NCBI GenBank assembly: GCA_023205875.1
Contig: CP060754.1
Coordinates: 1,178,001-1,242,000, forward strand
Direction: 5' to 3'
DNA: 64,000 bases
Origin: Chloropicon primus
Lineage: Eukaryota
The position numbers and the translations under genes are program-made. The notes under the pieces were generated by a model, which searched no databases, was not told the DNA's origin, and saw nothing but the letters and a program-made list of their open reading frames with translations. Below are positions 11,765 through 23,375 of the stretch, piece after piece. Position 1 is the stretch's first letter. The number at the start of each line of letters is the position of its first letter.

Positions 11765-12277
11765 CTACCTGTCGTCCATCCACTCCTCGATGGCCCTCGT
11801 GAGGTCGTACATGCAAGTCTTTCCAATGGAGTCGAGGAGGGAGACCTTGACCTTCCCTCCGCCGAGGTCCAAGGGGATCGCCTTCATCACGGCCTTGATC
11901 TCCGCCTCGTCCACCCTGCCGCTCGCCACCACCTTCTCCCCAATCTGTTGCGCGAGAACGTTGTGCATCCTGATCTCAGAGCTCCCGCCGACCTTGATGT
12001 CCTTCACGTACAGGTGCCACCCGTTCACGTCCACGTAGACCTCGCCCCCCATCTTGTACGCCAGATCCTCGAACGCGTTCAGCTTCTTCTTCATCCCATC
12101 AGCGGACACGAAGTTCGCCAGATCCACGAAACTTCCCAGGACATCCTTCCCGGGGTTACTCGCTCTTGGCCTCAACCTCGCCTGGTGGAAGAGTTGGCGC
12201 TGAGGACGGCTCCCAACACACGACGGGATCATCCTCCCGCCAGGCAACACCCTCCCGCACCCCAACACGCTCGACAT
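11765..12277 (-). CDS. Plastid-targeted DUF3181-family protein (cyanobacterial type)
   Basis: Transit-peptide-like N-terminus; GEVYVDVNGWHLY and IPLDLGGGK..VSLLD motifs. Confidence 0.7.
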   Translation of the reverse strand: MSSVLGCGRVLPGGRMIPSCVGSRPQRQLFHQARLRPRASNPGKDVLGSFVDLANFVSADGMKKKLNAFEDLAYKMGGEVYVDVNGWHLYVKDIKVGGSSEIRMHNVLAQQIGEKVVASGRVDEAEIKAVMKAIPLDLGGGKVKVSLLDSIGKTCMYDLTRAIEEWMDDR

Positions 12278-12345
12278 CCTCTCCCTCGCTCTCGTCCCCG
12301 TCCCTTCCCAAACCAAACCAAAATCCTCACTACGGCGTCAAATCT

Positions 12346-12368
12346 TTCGAGCGACGGCTCTTTCGAAA
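12346..12368 (+). promoter_or_regulatory. Recurrent intergenic motif copy TTCGAGCGACGGCTCTTTCGAAA
   Basis: Lies between the divergent DUF3181 and hisD genes; similarity to 16548-16615 extends for about 60 bp. Confidence 0.6.
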
Positions 12369-12519
12369 GCCAAAGAGATGACGCTTCCGTCTGTGCCACT
12401 CTCCTTCGTATCCCTCGCCCTCTCCTCCAGATACCGCCCTCGCTTTCGTCCTCCTCGTTCGATCTGATCTCCAGCTCCAGTCACAAGAGCAAGGAAGAGC
12501 AGAGAGAGAGAGAGCGAGG

Positions 12520-14046
12520 ATGAGAGGCGCAGGTGTGAGGACGAGGGGCAAGAGCGTTGTGGCGTTGCGTTCGGGGGAGCCGTTGCGGAGGAGGAAGGGT
12601 TGCGTCGGTAACGGACGGCGCGGCGTTACGGTCGTTCTCCGTGGAAGGCCAGGGGAAAGTCACGTTTGTTGTTGGAAAGGAAGGAGGACGAGGATGAGGA
12701 TGATGGCGACGGAAGCGGTGAGTCCATCGTCGGCGTCGTTGTTGTTGAAGGAGTACGAGTGGAGGGACATGGACGAGGCGGACAAGGAGAGCGTCGTGCA
12801 GAGGCCTCGGATTGACTTTGGGTCGATAAGTGACATCGTGGGTCCCATCGTGGAGGACGTGAGGGTGAGGGGAGACGAGGCGGTGAAGGAGTTGACGAAG
12901 AAGTTCGATAGGTGCGACCTGGAGGAAGTCTGTGTCGAGATGAGTCAAGTGGATTGGCCGGAGGGGCTTGGCAAGGAGGTCACGGATGCGTTCGACACTG
13001 CGTACGAGAACATCAAACTGTTTCACGAGGCACAAAGGCAGGAGGAGCTCAAGGTGGAGACGATGCCTGGGGTGACCTGCAGGAGGATGAGCAGGCCCAT
13101 CGGGAGCGTGGGGTGCTACGTTCCTGGGGGGACGGCGATCTTGCCCTCCACCGTCCTCATGCTTGCTCTTCCGGCAAAGGTCGCTGGCTGCAAAACCATT
13201 GTGATGGCGACTCCGCCCAGGCAGGACGGGAGCATCTCTCCCGAGGTCCTGTACTGCGCGAAGAAGATTGGGGTCACGCACCTGCTCAAGGCGGGGGGAG
13301 CCCAGGCGGTGGCCGCCATGGCTCACGGGACGGAAACGTGCCCAAAGGTGGACAAAATCGCTGGTCCGGGGAACCAGTTCGTGACGGCAGCGAAAATGCA
13401 GCTACAGAACAGCGAGGCGATGGTGGCCATAGACATGCCGGCCGGGCCGAGCGAGGTGCTCGTCATCGCGGACGGGGGCGCCGACCCCGCCCACGTGGCG
13501 GCGGACGTCTTGTCCCAAGCAGAGCACGGGGCGGACTCTCAGTCCGTCCTCGTCGCCATCAAAGGGGTGGACATGGAAAAGGTGCAGGAGGAGATCAGGA
13601 CCCAGCTGGCGAAGTTGCCGAGGAACGAGGCCGCCTCCAAGGCCCTGACTCACTCGTTCGCGGTCAGGGTGGACTCCCTGGAGGAGGCTTGCGAGTTCTC
13701 TAATATCTATGCCCCGGAGCACCTGATCGTGAACGTGGAGGGGGCGGAGAGGTGCTTGGACATGGTAGAGAATGCGGGAAGCGTCTTCCTGGGCCGGTGG
13801 ACCCCAGAGAGCGTGGGAGACTACGCGAGCGGGACGAACCACACCCTCCCAACGTATGGCTACGCCAAGATGTACTCTGGGGTCTCCTTGGACACCTTCC
13901 TGAAGAAGATCACGGTCCAGAGCCTGAGCAAGGAGGGTCTCAAGGGCTTGGGCCCCGCCGTGGAAATCATGGCCGAGGTGGAGGGTCTCGAGGCCCACAA
14001 GCAAGCCGTCACAATGAGGCTCAAGAGCATTCATGAGGGTCACTAA
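12520..14046 (+). CDS. hisD: Histidinol dehydrogenase, plastidic
   Basis: [63 protein letters not shown]; Arg-rich transit peptide. Confidence 0.96.
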   Translation: MRGAGVRTRGKSVVALRSGEPLRRRKGCVGNGRRGVTVVLRGRPGESHVCCWKGRRTRMRMMATEAVSPSSASLLLKEYEWRDMDEADKESVVQRPRIDFGSISDIVGPIVEDVRVRGDEAVKELTKKFDRCDLEEVCVEMSQVDWPEGLGKEVTDAFDTAYENIKLFHEAQRQEELKVETMPGVTCRRMSRPIGSVGCYVPGGTAILPSTVLMLALPAKVAGCKTIVMATPPRQDGSISPEVLYCAKKIGVTHLLKAGGAQAVAAMAHGTETCPKVDKIAGPGNQFVTAAKMQLQNSEAMVAIDMPAGPSEVLVIADGGADPAHVAADVLSQAEHGADSQSVLVAIKGVDMEKVQEEIRTQLAKLPRNEAASKALTHSFAVRVDSLEEACEFSNIYAPEHLIVNVEGAERCLDMVENAGSVFLGRWTPESVGDYASGTNHTLPTYGYAKMYSGVSLDTFLKKITVQSLSKEGLKGLGPAVEIMAEVEGLEAHKQAVTMRLKSIHEGH

Positions 14047-14163
14047 ATTCTTTTAACTTCCCTCAGTCCAGTCCAGTCAGCAGTCTCTCTGGTCTGCACC
14101 ACCACCACCATCATATTCTCCTCCCGGGTCCCCTCTTATCGTCCTCCTCGGGACACCACCACC

Positions 14164-14195
<32 letters not shown>

Positions 14196-14394
14196 CGGAG
14201 AGAGAATGAAGAGATAGAGAATGAAGAGAGAGAATGAAGAGAGAGAGAGACCAGTACATTCCCAATCACCCCTCCCCCTCCTTCCCCTCCCCTCCCCTCC
14301 TTCACATCCTCCTCCTCAATCCTCCTCCAAGGTGATCTCAAAGCTCAAAGCTTCACAGAGAGAGAGAGAGAGGAGGTAATAGGATTAGGGTAGG

Positions 14395-15487
14395 ATGACG
14401 GAGGAGGCGCGGAAGCTTGTGAAGAAGGCGGCGAAGCTGCTTCAGCCCTCGATGCTCGCCCTTCGAATGAAGCCGGACTGGGACCAGGCGACGCCCATGT
14501 TCGAGGAAGCAGCGAAAGTTTTCTTGAGGTACAAGCAATTTAAGGATGCACAGTACTCGTACGAAAGGGCTTCGGAAGGGCAGCAGAGGCTCGGGTCCGA
14601 GCTCCATGCCGTGAAGCACCTCGAGGCGGCGGCTGAGTGCGCCTGCAAGGACAAGCGCCACGACGACGCTTGCAACTTGTATCGAGCTGCCTACGAAACT
14701 TTTGCAGGCATCGGGAAGATTGCCATGGGAGCTGCCGCTTTGTCAAGGTGGGTTGGAGTCGCCGAGCCACGACGGGCGTTAACTCGAGACTGCTGACACG
14801 TTTCTTTCTGCCTGTCCCTCTTTGTTTCCTGGTTGACCGATTTTGCCTCCGTCGTTTGCTCTTCATCTCTGCAGAGGCGCCAAGCTCCTTTCCGAGGAAG
14901 GGAAGACGGAGCTCGTGAAGAGCCTGTACGAGATGGCACTGGAAGCTATCGAGGATGAGGGTGGAGTGGACAGCTCGAGCGCGGGATCCCTGGTTGTCAC
15001 GAGCCAGGACCTCTTCGGATCGTACACGAAGCTCCTGGTGGAGGCCAAGCTGTTCCAGGACGCCGCGAGGAACGAGCTGCGTTACGCGGCCTTTGTCAAC
15101 TCCCTTTCGTCTTTCAATGGGACGAGGTCCCTCTGCCGGGCTTACCTGCAAGCCATCGTTCTCAATCTCGTGGCTGGTGGCGGTCAGGAGGCTCTCGCTA
15201 CCTGGAACGATTGCTTTGAAGTGGAAGGATTCATGTCGTCGAAGACTGCTTCGTACGCCCAGGACCTCCTGGACGCGTGCAGGACTGGGGACTACAAGCA
15301 CTTCATGGACTGTGTACAAAACGGGGGAGTGCTCTACGAGTTGGACAACAGCATTGCCAGGCTTCTGAAAAAGGTGAGCGAGGCCACGTTCGACCAGGTG
15401 GCGAGCGGCGTCGGTGCCCAAACCCTCACGGTCGATCAGTTGGCACAGCAAGGCGCGGGAGGGGCCGAGGAAGAAGACTTGTGCTGA
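14395..15487 (+). CDS. Gamma-SNAP (soluble NSF attachment protein); intron 14748-14874
   Basis: KPDW..A...FE.AA N-terminus, helical repeats, ELDN.IARL and acidic EEEDLC C-terminus. Confidence 0.8.
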
Positions 15488-15612
15488 GGCTCTTCCGGAA
15501 AAGAAAAGAGAAAAGTAAAGGGAAGCGCGCCCGTTTCTTCTTCTCTTTTTGTTATGTATATTATTTTAATATTATTTTCTGCCAGGTCCCGGCCCTGGTC
15601 TGATCGCCCCCT

Positions 15613-16380
15613 TTAAGCCAAGAAGCCGAGGTGTTTGATGTAGGCCTTGAAATCGAACTGGCTGCTCGCGTGGTTGAAGGTCTTCACCCACCTCGCGTAC
15701 TTCTCCGGGTGGAGGTAGTGGTCGTATACCCTCTTCGTCAGCATCCTTGCCTCGAATGCGTTGATCAGCTTTGGGCTGGACACGTCCCCTCGGACCAGCA
15801 CGATGTCCTTCTTCGCCAGCTCGGTGTAGTGCGTGAGAGTAAGGTGGGAGTTCGCGGTCATGGAGTTGCCCTGGAACTCCTCCAGCGAGGTGAAGAGGGC
15901 GAGCTTGGACTGCGGATTTTGCAACTGCCACTGGACGACGAGGGTCACGTAGCCCTCCGGCTTTTCCAGGGGCACGACGAAGATGGGGCTCTCCTGCGCG
16001 TTCCTCAGAAGCCGCTTGTACTCGTTTCTCGTCAGCGTGTGCCCAATACGTCCCATCCTCTCGTCCTCGTGGAACTTCATCCACGTCCGTTCAATGTACT
16101 CCCTGCTCTGCCCCGCAAACGTCTCCAGCTTCACCACCTTGTCCAGGGTCGTCGGGGAGGGCGGGGACTGCCAGCCCCCTTCCCCGGGCATCCCCACCAG
16201 ACCCGAGTACCCCCTCGCAAAAGTCCAGGAGGAGGAGGTGGTGGCGGTGGTGGTGGTGGTGGCCACTACTAAGGGATCCGCGGTTCCAGCTTCACCGAGG
16301 ACCGACCTTGCGACCCCCCGGCGCACGAGCTCGCAAGCTCTCTTCCCAAGTTGACCGCCGCGCAACATCATCATCCTCAT
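15613..16380 (-). CDS. ATP11: Mitochondrial F1-ATPase assembly factor 1
   Basis: TLDKVVKLE, IW..FH, SPIFVVPL, LFTSLEEF, THYTEL..KDIVLVRGD, FNH..FDF. Confidence 0.88.
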   Translation of the reverse strand: MRMMMLRGGQLGKRACELVRRGVARSVLGEAGTADPLVVATTTTTATTSSSWTFARGYSGLVGMPGEGGWQSPPSPTTLDKVVKLETFAGQSREYIERTWMKFHEDERMGRIGHTLTRNEYKRLLRNAQESPIFVVPLEKPEGYVTLVVQWQLQNPQSKLALFTSLEEFQGNSMTANSHLTLTHYTELAKKDIVLVRGDVSSPKLINAFEARMLTKRVYDHYLHPEKYARWVKTFNHASSQFDFKAYIKHLGFLA

Positions 16381-16555
16381 CCTCGTCAACAACAACAACA
16401 ACAACAAGAGGTGTCACTTCAATCGCAAGATGTTCTCCACGACAACAACAACCTTTCCCTCTCCTTGACGCCCTCAGCCGAGAGACCCCGTTCACCTTCC
16501 CTTCCTTCGAACGCAAGAACCTCTTCCTCCAATTAATAACCCCTCGGTCAAATCC

Positions 16556-16578
16556 TTCGAGCGAGGGCTCTTTCGAAA
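16556..16578 (+). promoter_or_regulatory. Recurrent intergenic motif copy TTCGAGCGAGGGCTCTTTCGAAA
   Basis: Lies between the divergent ATP11 and MTHFR genes. Confidence 0.6.
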
Positions 16579-16735
16579 CACTGAGACACGACGCTTCCGT
16601 GTGTCACGCTATCTCCCTCCCTCCGTCCCTCTCCCTCCTCCCGATCGCTTTCTCCCTCCCTACCTCTCCTCTCCTCCCCGATCGACGATCGAAGCGGCGG
16701 AGATCACACAATCTGATAAAGCCGGCGCGATCGAT

Positions 16736-16769
<34 letters not shown>

Positions 16770-18116
16770 ATGAAGATATCGGAAAAGCTGGAGGAGTGCA
16801 CCAAGAATGGACAGGTGTACTTCAGCTTCGAATACTTTCCACCCAAAACGGAAGAGGTAAGCTGCCAGCCTTTCCATTTCCATGCTTTTCGTTTCGATTC
16901 TCTTTCTTCTTTGCCGTTTGTTGTTTCATTTTCACTCTTTTTTTGTGTGTGGAAGCAAGAAAGAAACGCAGACGGGATGGCCTCGAACGAAATCATCTAA
17001 AGGAGCCGGATGGGCTGACGCTTTCGTTTCGTTTCGTTTCGTTTCGTTTCTTTTTTTTCTTCGGCTTCCCATTGCCATCTTCCTCTTCCTCGTCGTCGTC
17101 GTCATGGTCATGGTCATGGTAATTCAGGGAGTGAACAACTTGTTCCCGAGAATGAAGAAGATGGTTTCGTACGGACCTCAGTTCTGCGACATCACGTGGG
17201 GAGCGGGAGGAAGCACGGCTGATTTGACGCAGGACATTGCCACCCGAATGCAGAAGGAGATTGGTGTCGAGACCATGATGCACTTGACTTGCACCAACAT
17301 GATGCCAGAAAAGGTGACTGTGGCTCTGGAGAAGTGCAAGGAGGCGGGCATCGATAACATCCTGGCTCTTAGGGGTGATCCACCAAAAGGTAGGTCGGGA
17401 ACACCAAGGGATCTGTTCCCTTCTTGCGTTGTGCGACGCAGGCAGAGGAGGTTCTGACTCTAGAGCTTTTCTTTTTTTCAGGCCAAGAAAAGTGGGAGGC
17501 CGTCGAGGGAGGCTTTGAGTGCGCCCTCGATCTCGTGAAATTCATTAGGGAGAAGCACGGCGACTTCTTCGGCATCGGCGTGGCCGGCTACCCAGAGGCC
17601 CACCCTGATGCCATCTGCGACGATCCAGAGCAGTTCGCGAAGAACTACCAGGGGGAGCTCGAGTATCTGAAGAAGAAGATTGACGCCGGCGGCCAGATGA
17701 TCATCACGCAGCTCTTCTACGACTGCGGGACCTTCCTCAAGTTTGTCAAGGACTGCAGGAACATCGGGATCAACTGCCCTATCTTGCCTGGAATCATGCC
17801 CATCCAGTCCTATGGCGGCTTCATGCGCATGACCGGGTTCTGCAAGACCAAGGTGCCCCAGGAGATTCTCAACACGCTCGAGCCAATCAAGGACAACCCA
17901 GAGGCGGTGAAGAAGTACGGCATCCACCTCGCAACGCAGATGTGCAAAACTCTCATCGAGGCCGGGACTCCAGGACTCCACATGTACTCCCTGAACCAGG
18001 ACAAGGCCGTCCTTGGGATCCTCGGTGGACTGGGACTGATCTCCATCGAGGAGCCAGCAAAGAACCCCACGCCGGCGATTGAGGAGAAGAAGGAGGAGGA
18101 GAAAGCGAAGGCATAA
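16770..18116 (+). CDS. MTHFR: Methylenetetrahydrofolate reductase, catalytic domain only (exons 16770-16856, 17128-17389, 17482-18116; about 328 aa)
   Basis: [67 protein letters not shown]. Two GT-AG introns restore the frame. Confidence 0.93.
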
Positions 18117-18177
18117 ATAACCAAGCAAAAAGTGTTTGTTGTGTCGCAAATAATCATGCATTATTATTTTCTCTTTA

Positions 18178-21162
18178 TCAAACTTGGAGCCCGGTCTCCT
18201 CGGTCGCCAGCTCCAGCAGGAGGGGGTCGTCAAAGAATTTGCTTATGGTTACATTTTCGCTCAACCCCTTCCTCCGTCTCATCTTGACCATGAACTCCCT
18301 GGCGAGGTGGGGAATGGGCGCCGGCTCCAGAGGCCTCAGCACAATGCTCTTGTCAAGCGGATCGCCCGGAACAACTTGCCAGTGGTCGAATACGCTCAAG
18401 CAGAAGCTCTGTCCCTGGGTGTGGTACCTCAAGTCTGTTTCGAATCCGAACGATTCGATCACCGGCAGCTGGGCCTTGACGATATAAATTGGTGTTCCTG
18501 GCTTGGCCACCTCCCGGACCACGTGCCCCCTCCTCCTGTTGAGCACGTTATAGATCGCCTTCATGCAGTTTGCGGGCGTTTGAATCTCCACCCGGTACAC
18601 GGGCTCCATGAGCCGGGGCGTGGCGGTGAGAAAGGAGGAGTACGTAACTCTCCTTGCGGTGGGGATGATTTGTCCTCCACTCCTGTGGATCGCCTCTTCC
18701 GCGATTGTAGCATCCAAGAGCTTGAATTTGACGCTCCTCATGGGCTCGTCGCACAGCGGCCCTTCCCTGGCACCCCACTGGAAGCCTTGGATCACAGAGT
18801 TCTTGACTGCGTTCACAAGGCTCTTGTCCACCTCTGAGGCCAAGGTATCGTCTAACAAAGCATTTGCACCCTGCTTCTCCGGGCCGAAAGCCCACACGGA
18901 TCTGCCTGCCATGACATCCCACTCATACCTTTCCTCTAGGTACTTTCCCATCCTTTTCTTGGGCCACTCAATGTCCACGACTCCGTTCTCTATGTCTTCG
19001 GCCAACCCTTTGTCCAAGGGCTCCGCAACCATTGTCAGCTTGTTCCTCTTGTTGGGGGTATCCGCAAAGCACTTGATTGCCGAGGTCTCCAGAACCGTCT
19101 CCGTGAAAGAAACGACTGGATCTGCTACCTTGACCTCGATGTTGCTGTACATCTCTCTCAGGTCTTTAAGGACACAGTCCAAGTACAGCTCCCCTGTTCC
19201 AAGGATGGTGTGCTCCCCGCTCTCTTCGACCTTTGTTACGGCCAAAGGATAGCTCTTGTTGATTTTCCTCAAACCCTCAACCATCTTTGGAAGGTCCTGG
19301 GGGTTCAGGGGCTCAGCAGCTGTTCTCATCACCGGCAGAGTCCTGAATTTCAGAGGCTCAAAAGTGTACACTTCCTCCTCGTTGAAGCTCTCGTGGACTA
19401 TCGTCGCGGTCTTGACAATGCTGGCGTCAACGCCTCCGAGAAGGACCCAGTTGCCCGCCTTCCCCAAGGTGACTGGAATGCGGTACCTGCCCTGGAAGAT
19501 CCAGACGGAACTTACTGTCGCAACAGTGCTGTCCTCCTCATCCTCGGGAGAGTAACTTTCACCCAAAACCCTGACCCTTTCCCCCGGCCGTACCGTCCCG
19601 CTCAACACCCTTCCAAACGCATCAAAGGCGTTGCAATCGTTGGTCGGAAACAGCTTGCAAATGTTGATCACGAGTGGTCCCCTGGAGTTGCACCCGAGCA
19701 TGGATTGCACGACCCTACCGTCTTGCGGCCCGGTGTAGTGGTTGGCCACCTTTTTTCCCGTTCCTTCTTGGCTCGAAGGGATCCATTTGCACAGCATGTC
19801 GACAATGCCTTCCGCGGATCCAAAGATCGCCTTGCACACCTCCTTGAGCAAGGGCTTGACGTCCAGGTTCAGTATCGAGGGTTTCAGGTGAGCCCCAAAC
19901 TCCTCCAGCAGCTCCTGGAGTCTTGGCTGCTCTTCTCCGAGCACGACGCCATAGATTTTGTACAGGGGTTCGAGAATAAACTCCACAAAAGTTCTTTGGC
20001 CGCCGCTGCCCACCGCTTTCTTCCCAAACGTTCTCTTGCTGGGGTCGAAGTACTGGTCCCCCCAAAGCCTCTTCGAGAACTTGTCCACAGGTATGTAAAT
20101 ATCATGAACCTCGCTGTACAGCTTCGCGAAAGAGGGCAAGGTGAAGCTCCAGCCTGACATTGCGCTCGAGAACGCGACGTTTCCCTTCGCAGGGCTCAGA
20201 ACCGGGTAGGTCTCGCCTCCAGGAACACTCCTCACGAAATCGTTCAGCTCCTGAATGACGTGCCTCAGCTTGTAGTACGCATCGTTTGGGGGCAGCTTGA
20301 GCTCCAGTATGAGCCTGTCTATCTTGTTGATCACCACGGTGATCGCCAGTCCCTCAGCGATTGCAGTCTTGATTGCGAGCTCGGTGCTGATCATAAGGCT
20401 TTCTGCCGCGTCTACGACGAGCAAGATTCCGTCCGAGAGTCTCAGGGACGCAACCGTCTCGTCCGTGAAGTTGGTGTGGCCGGGCGAGTCCATGAAGTTG
20501 CACAGGTAGGACTTGCCGCTCATGCTCTGAAGGACCAAGCTCATCGGCGTCGCTTTGATGCTTATCCCCCTCTTCTGCTCATCAAACCTGTAGTCTGTGT
20601 ACCTCAGCGACTTCCCCTGGCCGCTTCTACTGGCCACTTGGTCCGCCTCCCGAGGGCTGTGAGTCTGCTCTACGAACATGTCCACCACGGTCGTCTTCCC
20701 GTGGTGCAAGTGACCCGCCACAGTGACGTTCCTAATAAGCTCGGGATTCGACATCAAGCCGGCCAGAAAGTCCTGGGACACGGTCGTCTCCGGAACCTCC
20801 TTCTCCTGCAGTTGCCAGGCCTTGGCCGCAACCGACTTGATCAGGGCCTCCTCAAGAGGCTGCGCGTCCTCGTCCTCCACCAGAGTCTCCACATCTCCCC
20901 CGTACACCTCCTCGGCGGAGGGATAGTGCTTCTTGTCCTCGTGGAGCACGATCTGCTGCCCAGGGTCCTCTTCGTGTTCCTCCTCTGCCTCCTCGAGGAA
21001 AGCCATCCTCTCGTCCGCCCTCGCCTCCGCAGCGGCGAGCTCCTCATCATACTCCTCCTCCTCCACCGAGCGCACGTCCCCTTCCGACTCCTCGTCCTCC
21101 GAAAGAGGCGGCCCAACGTAATTCCCAAACTCATCATAAAGGTCTCCCTCCTCCATCTCCAT
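18178..21162 (-). CDS. SNU114: U5 snRNP 116 kDa GTPase (EF-2-like)
   Basis: DLYDEFGNY.GP, LHEDKK.YPSAEEVYG, GHLHHGKT, DSPGH.NF.DE, NKIDRL, ESFGFETDLRYHTQGQ. Confidence 0.97.
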   Translation of the reverse strand: MEMEEGDLYDEFGNYVGPPLSEDEESEGDVRSVEEEEYDEELAAAEARADERMAFLEEAEEEHEEDPGQQIVLHEDKKHYPSAEEVYGGDVETLVEDEDAQPLEEALIKSVAAKAWQLQEKEVPETTVSQDFLAGLMSNPELIRNVTVAGHLHHGKTTVVDMFVEQTHSPREADQVASRSGQGKSLRYTDYRFDEQKRGISIKATPMSLVLQSMSGKSYLCNFMDSPGHTNFTDETVASLRLSDGILLVVDAAESLMISTELAIKTAIAEGLAITVVINKIDRLILELKLPPNDAYYKLRHVIQELNDFVRSVPGGETYPVLSPAKGNVAFSSAMSGWSFTLPSFAKLYSEVHDIYIPVDKFSKRLWGDQYFDPSKRTFGKKAVGSGGQRTFVEFILEPLYKIYGVVLGEEQPRLQELLEEFGAHLKPSILNLDVKPLLKEVCKAIFGSAEGIVDMLCKWIPSSQEGTGKKVANHYTGPQDGRVVQSMLGCNSRGPLVINICKLFPTNDCNAFDAFGRVLSGTVRPGERVRVLGESYSPEDEEDSTVATVSSVWIFQGRYRIPVTLGKAGNWVLLGGVDASIVKTATIVHESFNEEEVYTFEPLKFRTLPVMRTAAEPLNPQDLPKMVEGLRKINKSYPLAVTKVEESGEHTILGTGELYLDCVLKDLREMYSNIEVKVADPVVSFTETVLETSAIKCFADTPNKRNKLTMVAEPLDKGLAEDIENGVVDIEWPKKRMGKYLEERYEWDVMAGRSVWAFGPEKQGANALLDDTLASEVDKSLVNAVKNSVIQGFQWGAREGPLCDEPMRSVKFKLLDATIAEEAIHRSGGQIIPTARRVTYSSFLTATPRLMEPVYRVEIQTPANCMKAIYNVLNRRRGHVVREVAKPGTPIYIVKAQLPVIESFGFETDLRYHTQGQSFCLSVFDHWQVVPGDPLDKSIVLRPLEPAPIPHLAREFMVKMRRRKGLSENVTISKFFDDPLLLELATEETGLQV

Positions 21163-21378
21163 CCCTCTCTCTCTCTTCCTCTGATCACAAAACAACACCA
21201 CGGCGCCTCGCCGCCAGCCTCGGCCAACAAGGCAGAACCTCGCCTCGCCTCGTGATCAATCCACTCGCCTCGACCTCGCCTCCTCCCCCTCCCCCTTCTC
21301 TCTCTCTCTCTCCCTCTCTCTCTCTCTCTCTTCCTGCTCTCCCCGCCGCTCCTCTGCTCTCTCTCTCTCTCTCCAATT

Positions 21379-21738
21379 CTTGGACAAACTCCTGGGGGAC
21401 AGGATAGCGGAGGGGACGACACGGAGAGGGCGATTGGACCAGCACAGGGGTCTCAGACGTGAGTGGGAAGGACATCAGTCGATAGTACGTCTCGGCATCT
21501 TTCTGGTGGTACCCGCATCGCTCTGTTTTGTGTCGAGGACGAGGCACTGGACGACATCTTGGACAAACTCCTGGGGGACAGGATAGCAGGAGGGGACGAC
21601 ACGGAGAGGGCGATTGGACCAAGACAGGGGTCTCAGACGTGAGTGAGAAGGTCATCAGTCGATAGTACGTCTCGGCATCTTTCTGTTGGGTACTCACATC
21701 GGTTTGGGGTCTTGAATAGTTGCGAGGCACTGGACGAG
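21379..21738. repeat. Tandem direct duplication, two imperfect copies of about 180 bp
   Basis: TTGGACAAACTCCTGGGGGACAGGATAGC...GATAGTACGTCTCGGCATCTTTCTG...GAGGCACTGGACGA starts at both 21379 and 21559. Confidence 0.9.
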
Positions 21739-21763
21739 AAGAGCTTGGACTTTGGCAAGCAAG

Positions 21764-22737
21764 ATGGAGGATGGGATGGAGAAACTCAGCCTGAACTCGC
21801 ATGCCATGAGCGAGGGAGACTTGAGGATACTGGAGGTAAGCAGCCCAACTGAGATTGTGCTTCCCTTGCTGCTCACAGAGGTGCCTTTGGTTGTTTCGTC
21901 CACTCGAGGCCTCATGCCACTCTGAACTGACAGAACATATCTTCTTCTTTTCCCCCACAAAGCAAACGCTCATCAAGAAGGTGAAGGCGGAGGAGTACGA
22001 GGAGGCGATGAAGGTCGCTAACAAAAGTAAGTGCCTTGCTCTCTCGCTTTCCTGCTCGATGTTTCCTCGGGAAGGGAGGGGATCTCTTGCCCTCCACCTC
22101 GCCGTCGTCCTCGTCGCCGAAGGCCCTCCCTCCAGCCCCGTGGACGCCGCTTGTCCCCCTCGTCACCTCGACTAACGATCGCCTCGTGTTCATGGCTTGC
22201 AGTCATGGCTGCGGGAAGGGGAAACGTTATGACGATTGAAATTCACAAGCTCCTTCAGGAGAAAATCAAACTCGGTAAGTATCTGTTCTGTTCTGCAGAG
22301 AGGGACTCTCTCCTCCCGCTCGGGGTGAGCGATATCCCGCTGGCACCGGTGCCGACCCCACGCGCGGGCAGATCCCCGATGGAGCACTCCAAAGGGTCTC
22401 CCTCCCTATCCCAGTTCTCTTGGCTGACACACCTCTGCACTCTCCCGTAGACAACGACGAGTCGAGTTCGGAGTACTCGTCCTCGTCCGACGACAGCTCT
22501 TCAGAGGAAGACGGCGACTCCGACGAGGAGAAGAGCGACAGCACCGGCTCCAGTGCATCCGAGGAAGAGCTTGACGAGAGCGAGACGCTTTGGGGGAAGA
22601 TGGACAAGAGCAAGCCAAAGGAGGAGGTTGGACGACCAAAGCAAACCTCGACAATGAGCAAAGAGGAGAGGCAAGCTTTGAAGTCCAAACTGATGTCAGA
22701 GCTCACTGAGCTGAAGCAGCAATCGCCGTACAAGTGA
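21764..22737 (+). CDS. Small 4-exon hypothetical protein with an acidic/Ser-rich segment (possibly ERICH2-like)
   Basis: ATG at 21764; GTAAG donors near 21836, 22027 and 22275; AG acceptors near 21962, 22202 and 22450. Spliced: MEDGMEKL...QTLIKKVKAEEYEEAMKVANK...LLQEKIKL-DNDESSSE...PYK*. Confidence 0.55.
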
Positions 22738-22865
22738 AGGGGGCATGAAAAGGCCCCAATGCAATGTAATAATATATCAAGCAACCTGTACCTGTATATC
22801 AAGCAAGCAAGCAAGCTGTTGAGTCTCCTGTTGGACAGACCGCTGGACAGACCGCCTCGACTACA

Positions 22866-23375
22866 TCAAAAGGCGGCTTCCTGGAACGGCGTGTTGGCGA
22901 ACTCGTCCGGCAGTGGAGGAGCATTAGCAGGTGCCACTCTCTCCTTGTTTTTCCGTCGCTTCTTCATCGTCGGTCGAACCTTGCCATTCGACTTACGGAA
23001 GATCTACATTTCCACAGGAGGGAGCAAAACACAAGGCAAACGTCAGCAAGAGCCCAAACACGAAGAAAAAGCGCACGCTTCCACCCGTCTCCTCCTCCTC
23101 GTCCTCCTCCTCCTCCTCCTCGTCGTTGTTGTTGTTGTCTCGGTAACTCGACGACTCACCTTTCCCTTCTTCGTTTTGGGGTCCCCTCTGCCCATCCATA
23201 GCATTCCATCCTTCGCGTCTGCGTCCGTGGTCATGGACCAAGGCTTGGACCACTCGTTGACGACGTTGGAAAGAAAGCTTCCTGTTGTCCTCGCCACCGC
23301 CGTTGCCACCCTCGCTCCCTTCTCGAAGGCCAACGCCCTCGCCATGGACGCCATCGTTACCGACGCCACCGCCAT
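22866..23375 (-). CDS. Organellar ribosomal protein bTHX (S31/PSRP4 family); intron 23159-23004
   Basis: The spliced product contains GRGDPKTKKGK|IFRKSNGKVRP, matching the Thx motif GKGD.RT.RGKI....GK.RP, after a targeting-like presequence. Confidence 0.8.
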
